Shown piece after piece: positions 37,606-43,298 of a stretch of 43,298 nucleotides of DNA (positions are counted from its first letter, which is position 1; each line of letters opens with the position of its first letter). The stretch lies in contig JADLDQ010000167.1 of assembly GCA_020846575.1 (NCBI GenBank), positions 1-43,298 on the forward strand. Reading direction: 5' to 3'. The notes beneath the pieces were generated by a model. The model was given only the letters and a program-made list of their open reading frames with translations, did not search any database and was not told the DNA's origin. The stretch comes from Burkholderiales bacterium (lineage in GTDB: Bacteria; Pseudomonadota; Gammaproteobacteria; Burkholderiales; SG8-39). Position numbers and translations under genes: made by a program.

Positions 37606-38627
37606 CGCGCTTGCCCTGCCTGGGCGAAAACCGGCCCGTAGGCCTCGCTCGCGTCGGGAAAGGGGCTCGCCAGCGCGAACTGGACGGCCCGCTCCATCTC
37701 CTCTCGCACCCTCGCATCGATCGCCTGCAGCGCGCCGCGCTCCAGCGTGCCCGCGGCGACGCAGCCGCGCACGTAGAGCGACAGCGGATCGCTTTGCTCG
37801 TTCCAGGCGGCGAGATCCTCGCGCCCGGGCTTCGCCTCGAACGCCCAGTCGAGCTGCCACGGGCCGCAGGGCAGCTCCGGCCAGAGCGGGAAACTCCCCG
37901 GCCAGCGGGTGCAGCGCACCTCGACGAAGCGCGGTCCCGACCCCCCCCGCACTTCGGCCGCGAGCCGCGACAGGCACTCGCCGAGCGCGCCGGCATCGGC
38001 GCCGTCCGCGGTTTCGGTCGGAATGCACAGTGACCCGGGCACGTCCGCGAGCCGCTTCGCCGGGAGCGTCGAGGAGGTGAACTGGCCGCGCTTGCGCAGC
38101 TCGGGGGGAATGCTGTTGTTCTCGCACAGGAACAGCACCGGCACCTGCCACAGCGACGCGAGCGACATCGCCTCGTAGGCGGCGCCTTCCTCGAGCGCGG
38201 CGTCGCCGCAGAAGTTGACCACCATCCCGCTGCCGCGCCGCTTGCAGGCGAGCGCCGTGCCGACCGCCAGCGGCAGGTTGCCGCCCACCAGCGCCGAGGT
38301 CGCGGGGATGCCGAGCGCGGCGACCGACAGGTGCAGGGTGCCGCTGCGCCCGCCGCAGTAACCGTGCGCCCGCCCGAGAATCTCCGCCATCATCCGTCCC
38401 GGATCCGCGCCGCGCGCGAGCAGGTGCCCGTGATTGCGCCAGGTCGTGTAGATCACGTCCCCGGCCAGAAGCGGCGCACAGGCCGCCACCGCGGTGGCTT
38501 CCTGGCCGATGTAGACGTGGTAGTGCCCCGGGAAGCGCTTGTGCGACGAGAGCGTGATGCACTGCTCCTCGAAGCGGCGGATGCGCAGCATGGAGGCGAT
38601 GCGCTCGGCGGGAGTGAGGCTCGGCAC
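37602..38627 (-). CDS. TPP-dependent 2-oxoacid dehydrogenase E1 component, alpha subunit
   Basis: About 341 aa from GTG 38627 with an AAAGGAA RBS: 'PSLTPAERIASMLRIRRFEE'. TPP motif 'GDAALEEGAAYEAMSLASLWQVPVLFLCENN'. Confidence 0.8.
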   Translation of the reverse strand: MPSLTPAERIASMLRIRRFEEQCITLSSHKRFPGHYHVYIGQEATAVAACAPLLAGDVIYTTWRNHGHLLARGADPGRMMAEILGRAHGYCGGRSGTLHLSVAALGIPATSALVGGNLPLAVGTALACKRRGSGMVVNFCGDAALEEGAAYEAMSLASLWQVPVLFLCENNSIPPELRKRGQFTSSTLPAKRLADVPGSLCIPTETADGADAGALGECLSRLAAEVRGGSGPRFVEVRCTRWPGSFPLWPELPCGPWQLDWAFEAKPGREDLAAWNEQSDPLSLYVRGCVAAGTLERGALQAIDARVREEMERAVQFALASPFPDASEAYGPVFAQAGQAR

Positions 38628-38853
38628 GGCGGTTCCTTTCTCGGGACGGATTCGTTCCAGAGTATCCCCTATTTCGGCCTCGACCAGGCGGTGCGGCTCG
38701 ACCTGCGGATCGGGTATCCTTCGCGCAGCATGAGGGCGAGCCACCCCGATCGGGTCGGTGCTTACCTGCCATTTCAGTGCGCCGCGGGGCGCAGCGCACG
38801 GCGCACGAGCACGCGGCACCGCGCGCGCCGCGTCGCGTTGGTTTCTGGCGGAC

Positions 38854-38878
38854 AATCTGCGCTCCAGGCGCGCAGATT
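38854..38878. promoter_or_regulatory. 9-bp perfect inverted repeat AATCTGCGC-N7-GCGCAGATT in the E1-alpha/sugE divergent intergenic region (candidate operator)
   Basis: Read directly from the sequence. Confidence 0.3.
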
Positions 38879-39006
38879 CGGGTCCATGACCCGCCGCAAC
38901 TCGCGCGCGTCTTCGGTTTGATTATCGCGCGACTTCCGCGGGTCACGGGCCGTCCCGCGGATCGCAGGGCGCGCGTGAGCGGCCGGATTTCCGGGAGGAG
39001 CAGCTC

Positions 39007-39324
39007 GTGGCATGGACTTACCTGTTCGCCGCCGCTTTGTTCGAAATCGGATGGGCCGTGGGTCTGAAGTACACGCAGGGCTTCACCAGACTGTGGGCGA
39101 GCGGGCTGACCATCGCTGCCATGGGGGTGAGCCTGTTCTTCCTGGCCCTCGCCGTGCGCACCATCCCGGTCGGAACGGCGTATGCCGTCTGGACCGGCAT
39201 CGGCGCGGTCGGGACGGCGGCATTCGGCATCGTCCTGTTCGCGGAGCCGGTGACGGCCGGGCGCGTGGTGTGCCTGCTGCTGATCGTGGCCGGTATCATC
39301 GGCCTTAAGTTCACTGCGTCGTGA
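39007..39324 (+). CDS. sugE: SMR-family exporter SugE/Gdx (guanidinium / quaternary ammonium efflux)
   Basis: 105 aa: '[25 protein letters not shown]...[25 protein letters not shown]......[12 protein letters not shown]'. This closely matches the E. coli SugE pattern. GGGAGGAG RBS. Confidence 0.9.
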   Translation: MAWTYLFAAALFEIGWAVGLKYTQGFTRLWASGLTIAAMGVSLFFLALAVRTIPVGTAYAVWTGIGAVGTAAFGIVLFAEPVTAGRVVCLLLIVAGIIGLKFTAS

Positions 39325-39355
39325 GCTGCAGGCGCGACGACCCCGGGAGAAGACG

Positions 39356-40153
39356 ATGCTCGAGCTCTACCACAACGACATGTCGACTTGCGCGCAGAAG
39401 GTGCGCGTGACGCTCGAGGAGAAGGCGCTCGCGTGGCACAGCCATCACCTCGACCTGCGCGCGGGCGACCAGCAACAGCCCGAGTACCTCGCGCTCAATC
39501 CGCGCGGCGTGGTGCCCACGCTCGTGGACCGCGGCAGGGCGGTGCGCGAGTCCAACGTGATCATGGAGTACCTCGAGGACGAATACCCGGACAGGCCGCT
39601 TCGGCCGCGCGATTCGTACCGCCGCGCGCAGATGCGGCTGTGGACCAAGCGTCTCGACGAGGGCCATCACGACATAGCGACGGCGACGCTCAGCATGGGC
39701 ATAGCGTTCCGCCATCAATATCTCGCACGCGGCCCCGAGGCGTGCGCGGCCCTGATCGAGCGCATTCCCGACCCGCTGCGCCGCGAGCGGCGCCGCGACG
39801 TGATCGCCAACGGTGTCGAGGCGAAGGAGTTCAGGAGCGCCGTCGTCATGTGGATGCGCTTGCTCGACGACATGGAAGACGCCCTCGCGCCGGGTGCGTG
39901 GCTCGCCGATGCCGGATACTCGCTCGCCGACGCCGCCTACACGCCCTACCTGACGCGGCTGGATCACCTGAACCTGCTCGGCTGGCTGGACCGCCGCCCG
40001 CGCCTCGCGCGCTGGTACGAGCGCGTGCGCGAACGCCCGAGCTACGCGGCCGCGTTCACGAAATGGGAGAACGCGGAATACATCGCGCTCATGCGCGACA
40101 AGGGCGCCGAGGCCTGGCCGCGCCTTCGCGCGCTCGCCGCGCAGCTTGCATGA
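39356..40153 (+). CDS. Glutathione S-transferase family protein
   Basis: 265 aa: 'LELYHNDMSTCAQKVRVTLEEK...LNPRGVVPTLVD.G..V.ESNVIMEYLEDEYP'. Confidence 0.8.
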   Translation: MLELYHNDMSTCAQKVRVTLEEKALAWHSHHLDLRAGDQQQPEYLALNPRGVVPTLVDRGRAVRESNVIMEYLEDEYPDRPLRPRDSYRRAQMRLWTKRLDEGHHDIATATLSMGIAFRHQYLARGPEACAALIERIPDPLRRERRRDVIANGVEAKEFRSAVVMWMRLLDDMEDALAPGAWLADAGYSLADAAYTPYLTRLDHLNLLGWLDRRPRLARWYERVRERPSYAAAFTKWENAEYIALMRDKGAEAWPRLRALAAQLA

Positions 40154-40207
40154 GGGCCGGGCTCGCGCGCAGGTCGGACCGGCCCGCGCAGGCGTGCGCG
40201 CCGCAGA

Positions 40208-41182
40208 TCAGCGTATCAGCCCGGGCAGCCGGTTGGTGAGGATGCGCTCGGCATCCGCGACGACGCGCCGCACGATCTGCGCCGCGGGCAGCACCTCGCG
40301 GATCAACCCGGCGTCCTGGCCGAAGGAGAGCGGCGCCTCGTCGAGATCGCCCGCGAGCCGCGCCGCCTGGACTCCGGCGAGCGCCTCGGCCTGGTGCCGG
40401 CGCAGCGCCCACTCGCGCCCCGCCCAGCGCTCGACGAAGCGGTTGCGCCGCGAGCGCGACATCGCGCCGGGCCACACCAGGTTCGCCGCGATGTCGGGGA
40501 TCTCGGTGAGCAGCGTGTCGTGGCCGTCGCTCGCCACGATCGCCTGTTTGAAGTTCCGGTGCAGCGGCGATTCCTCGCTCGCGAGAAAGCGCGTGCCGAA
40601 CAGCACGCCCGAGGCTCCCAGCGCGAGTGCGGCCGCGAGGCCGCGGCCATCGGCGAATCCGCCGGCCGAGAGCACCGGCAGCGGCGCGACCGCGTCGACC
40701 ACGATCGGCGTGAGGGCGATCGAACCCATCCAGCCGACATGGCCGCCGCCTTCGCTGCCCTGCGCGACGATCACGTCGGCGCCCGCCTCGGCGGCGCGGC
40801 GCGCCCCGGCCACGTCGCTCACCATGAAAGTGACCTTGGCGCCCGCGCCGTGCGCGCGCTCGATGTAGGGTTCGAGCGCCTGGTCGCCGCGCGGCCAGGC
40901 GAACGCGATCACCGGCGGCCGCGCGGCGAGCGCCGCCTCGAAGCACTTCTCGTCGATCAGGAACAGCAGGAAGTTGAGCCCGTAGGGCTTGCGCGTGCGC
41001 TCGCTGATTTCCCGTGCCGAGGAGCGGATCTGCTCGACGCCGAGGCCGTGGCAGCCGAGCGCTCCCAGTCCGCCGGCTTCGGACACGGCCGCCACCAGCG
41101 GCGGTGCGAAGATCGAGCCCATGCCTCCCAGCGCCACCGGGTGCTCGACGCCGAGCGCTTCGCAGAACGCTGTGCGGATCAT
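40208..41182 (-). CDS. Nitronate monooxygenase (NMO/2-nitropropane dioxygenase family, FMN-dependent)
   Basis: 324 aa: 'EHPVALGGMG', 'VIVAQGSEGGGH' and 'VLSAGGFADGRGLAAALALGASGVLFGTRF'. Confidence 0.85.
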   Translation of the reverse strand: MIRTAFCEALGVEHPVALGGMGSIFAPPLVAAVSEAGGLGALGCHGLGVEQIRSSAREISERTRKPYGLNFLLFLIDEKCFEAALAARPPVIAFAWPRGDQALEPYIERAHGAGAKVTFMVSDVAGARRAAEAGADVIVAQGSEGGGHVGWMGSIALTPIVVDAVAPLPVLSAGGFADGRGLAAALALGASGVLFGTRFLASEESPLHRNFKQAIVASDGHDTLLTEIPDIAANLVWPGAMSRSRRNRFVERWAGREWALRRHQAEALAGVQAARLAGDLDEAPLSFGQDAGLIREVLPAAQIVRRVVADAERILTNRLPGLIR

Positions 41183-41303
41183 GCTGCCTCGCTTTCTCGA
41201 AAACGGATCGCCATGGCCCGGACGCGCGACCGGGGAAGCCTTCTAGGACGCCTGCCGCCGTCCGAACCCGCTGCTCGCGCGCGGCGCGGCCCGGCGCCGC
41301 GGC

Positions 41304-42167
41304 TCAGCCGCAGCAGGTCTCGAAACGCGGCGAGGGGCAACTGAAGATGCACGCGCCGCAGTGCGGCACGAAGGTGAACTGGTTCAGAGCGGCGTCGAAC
41401 GGGTGCGGTTTGGTGGATGCCTGCACCGCGCGCCAGTCCTCGTCGGTCGGAGCGGGCGGCATCGGCACCTTGGTGCGGCGATAGCCCTTCTCGGCGTACA
41501 GCCACTTGCACTTGACGCCCTTCAGCTTGGCGTGGGTCTGCGTGCGCCCGCCGATATCGAACGAAGTCCTGCCCGTCATCGCCTTGGTGGGACAGGCCCG
41601 GATGCAGGCATAGCCGCAGGCTTGCGGTTGGCACAGCGCCTGCCCGTCGTACATGGGTGAAACCGCCAGCGGCGCGTCGGTGATGATCGAGACCAGCCGC
41701 TGGCGCGCGCCGAACTCGGGCGTGAGCACCAGGCCGTTGAACCCGAACTCCCCCAGGCCGGCCGCCACCGCCGCGTGGCGGTGGGAGAAATCTCCCACGT
41801 TGCCGTACTTGTAGAGCAGTCCGGTCGGCGGAAAGGGCAGAGCCTTGAATCCCCGTCTCTCGAGAAACCGCACCATGCGGTTCACCGCCGAGGAGAGATC
41901 CCAGTTCAGCGTCACGTAGCCGTACCACATGTAGGGAGCGAGCGTCTTGCCCGGCTCGTCGTAGCGCCCGGCCACGTCGATCGCCGCGTCGGGGATCTTG
42001 GAGGCGCACACCACCACCGCGTTCGCGCCCGGCATGTAGTCCGTGGGCCGGCGTCCTTCCGGCGCCCCGGCAAGGCGCTCGGGGCTCGCCACGCCGAACA
42101 GATCCATCCCGAGGCCATCGAGCGCGAGATCCCTCAGAACCTCGGTCATTTCGGTTTGACGATCCAT
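41304..42167 (-). CDS. Fe-S cluster protein of the epoxyqueuosine reductase (QueG)/reductive dehalogenase-like superfamily
   Basis: 287 aa. QueG-like N-region 'LGMDLFGVASPERL...ANAVVVCASKIP', the core 'HRHAAVAAGLGEFGFNGLVLTPEFGARQRLVSIITDAPL', and the Cys motifs 'CQPQACGYACIRACPTKA' and 'HCGACIFSCP'. Confidence 0.55.
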   Translation of the reverse strand: MDRQTEMTEVLRDLALDGLGMDLFGVASPERLAGAPEGRRPTDYMPGANAVVVCASKIPDAAIDVAGRYDEPGKTLAPYMWYGYVTLNWDLSSAVNRMVRFLERRGFKALPFPPTGLLYKYGNVGDFSHRHAAVAAGLGEFGFNGLVLTPEFGARQRLVSIITDAPLAVSPMYDGQALCQPQACGYACIRACPTKAMTGRTSFDIGGRTQTHAKLKGVKCKWLYAEKGYRRTKVPMPPAPTDEDWRAVQASTKPHPFDAALNQFTFVPHCGACIFSCPSPRFETCCG

Positions 42168-42186
42168 GGGCCGGTACTCTCCCGCT

Positions 42187-43083
42187 TCAGGGGTTCTTCG
42201 ATGCCGCCAGGAACTCGGGTGCGACGTAATCCGCCGGATCGCCCGGCGCGCTCGCGGGCAGCAACCCTGCGGCGCGCTGCGATTCGATCACGGCTGCGAG
42301 GCCTTTGGGGTTCACTTCGAGGTTCCGGGTCAGGACGGCGTTGCCGGTATAGTAATCCCAAGCGCGCTCGGCATGCGCGCGCGCGAGGTTCATCTCGCGG
42401 GCGGCGATGGCCGAGGCTTCGTCTCGGTGCCGGTAGACCCAGTCGGTGGCGCGCGCGAGCGCCGCGAGGAAGGCGACGACCGCGGCGCGGCGCGAGCGCG
42501 CCCGCGCGGCATTCGCATTGATGGTATTGAACTGCCACTCGGGCACGTAGCGGGCGAGATCCCCCAGGTTGGAAAAGCCCAGTTCCTCCTCGAGGTACAC
42601 CCAGGGAATCGACTGCAGTCCCATGTCGATGGAACCCTCGAGGAGCGCCTGGTGCCGGTGCGGCGCGCCGCCGGTTTCCTTGACGCGGTAGTCGCCCGGG
42701 TAGGACAGACCGTGGGCCGCCATGAGCGTGCGCACGTGGAAGAACGTACCCTCGGTCATGGACAGTATGCCGACGGTCGCGCCGCGCAAGTCCTCGATCC
42801 TCCTGAGGCGCGGCTGCGCGACGATGAAATGCGACAGCCGCCCGGTGTGCCCGGCGATGATGCGAAGCGGACCGCCGGCGGCGGCGTCCTGGAGCACCCC
42901 TTCGGGCGCGCCGATCACCAGGTCGAGCCGGCCGCTGGCGAGCGGCTCGATCTGCGAGGCGTTGCCCAGCATCGTCTCGCGCACCTCCAGACCCGCGGCG
43001 GCGAACAAGCCCTCGCGCCGCGCCGCCCAGATCGGCACGTAGAAGTACGTCCTGGAGACGATCCCAACGTCGAGAACCTGCAT
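42187..43083 (-). CDS. NMT1/THI5-like (NitT/TauT-type) substrate-binding-fold protein with no recognisable signal peptide
   Basis: 'MQVLDVGIVSRTYFYVPIWAARREGLFAAAGLEVRE...GRLDLVIGAPEGV'. The start is uncertain, with alternatives up to 43212. Confidence 0.6.
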   Translation of the reverse strand: MQVLDVGIVSRTYFYVPIWAARREGLFAAAGLEVRETMLGNASQIEPLASGRLDLVIGAPEGVLQDAAAGGPLRIIAGHTGRLSHFIVAQPRLRRIEDLRGATVGILSMTEGTFFHVRTLMAAHGLSYPGDYRVKETGGAPHRHQALLEGSIDMGLQSIPWVYLEEELGFSNLGDLARYVPEWQFNTINANAARARSRRAAVVAFLAALARATDWVYRHRDEASAIAAREMNLARAHAERAWDYYTGNAVLTRNLEVNPKGLAAVIESQRAAGLLPASAPGDPADYVAPEFLAASKNP

Positions 43084-43240
43084 GGCTGCCGCACCCCGAT
43101 CCGAACCGGCGCCCATTCTCGCCGGGATCGCGACGGCCGTGTTCGCGCGCGAGCGCAGTCGCCGGGGTTCCCAGGAAAACGTTCGGTAACCCACGGTCTT
43201 CTTCGTGAACACCTTCCGCCGCTTGCGGCGGTTTGAATGC

Positions 43241-43298
43241 TCAGAGATCGAAGAGCCTGCGCGCGTTGCCGCTGCGAATGGCCGCGGCGCGCTCCGCG
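43241..43298 (-). CDS. C-terminal fragment of an amidohydrolase-2-like protein (partial at the window edge)
   Basis: The minus-strand translation '...AERAAAIRSGNARRLFDL*' resembles the typical 'N A x R L F x L' amidohydrolase C-terminus. Only 19 codons are visible. Confidence 0.4.
   Translation of the reverse strand, partial: AERAAAIRSGNARRLFDL

Noticed and set aside
38628-39006. Guanidine-I (ykkC), guanidine-II (mini-ykkC) or guanidine-III riboswitch upstream of sugE
   Set aside because: Only a single ACGG occurs, and its flanks do not pair. The conserved ykkC blocks and the ykkC-III core were not seen. This cannot be excluded without a covariance-model scan.

Overview
This is a very GC-rich, GC3-skewed bacterial chromosomal segment. 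It is probably betaproteobacterial: it carries five intact Bug/TctC-type solute-binding genes plus one remnant, and an Azoarcus/Burkholderia-style box cluster. All calls come from reading the supplied six-frame translations and the DNA by eye, with no database search or computation. I saw no rRNA, tRNA, CRISPR array or intact mobile element.

Contents, left to right:
- 1-1278: an ISAs1-family transposase fused to a DUF4338 (DruA-like) domain. It is inactivated by two 1-nt frameshifts and cut by the window edge.
- 1471-2151: a protein made of two tandem YciI domains.
- 3976-15097: an aerobic benzoyl-CoA (box) catabolic cluster. It holds an alpha/beta hydrolase, a five-gene LivFGMHK-type ABC importer and benzoate-CoA ligase on the minus strand, then divergently boxC, boxB and a MaoC-like hot-dog gene. 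No boxA or boxD is present.
- 15096-15202: a 26-bp tandem repeat that reiterates the 3' end of a Bug gene.
- 16361-23108: a plus-strand run of CocE/NonD hydrolase, Bug remnant, HyuB without HyuA, MetE-like Zn methyltransferase, Bug and a small MazG-like gene.
- 23164-25638: a secreted Kelch propeller and an MFS transporter.
- 25875-29508: a form-II-like CoxM/L/S molybdoenzyme.
- 29659-35286: a solitary catechol 2,3-dioxygenase, an orphan 110-aa Cys-motif ORF, an atypical M24/creatinase-fold protein, another Bug gene and a Gfo/Idh/MocA oxidoreductase.
- 35441-36486: two tandem Hsp20 genes behind a near-consensus sigma32 promoter.
- 36625-43298: a TPP-dependent E1 alpha/beta pair with no E2 or E3, sugE/gdx, a GST, then a minus-strand module of nitronate monooxygenase, QueG/RdhA-like Fe-S protein, leaderless NMT1-like protein and an amidohydrolase fragment.

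I found no single clear-cut novel system. The best candidates for follow-up are listed under findings. Many long ORFs in the supplied track are antisense or off-frame artefacts of high GC and were discarded.
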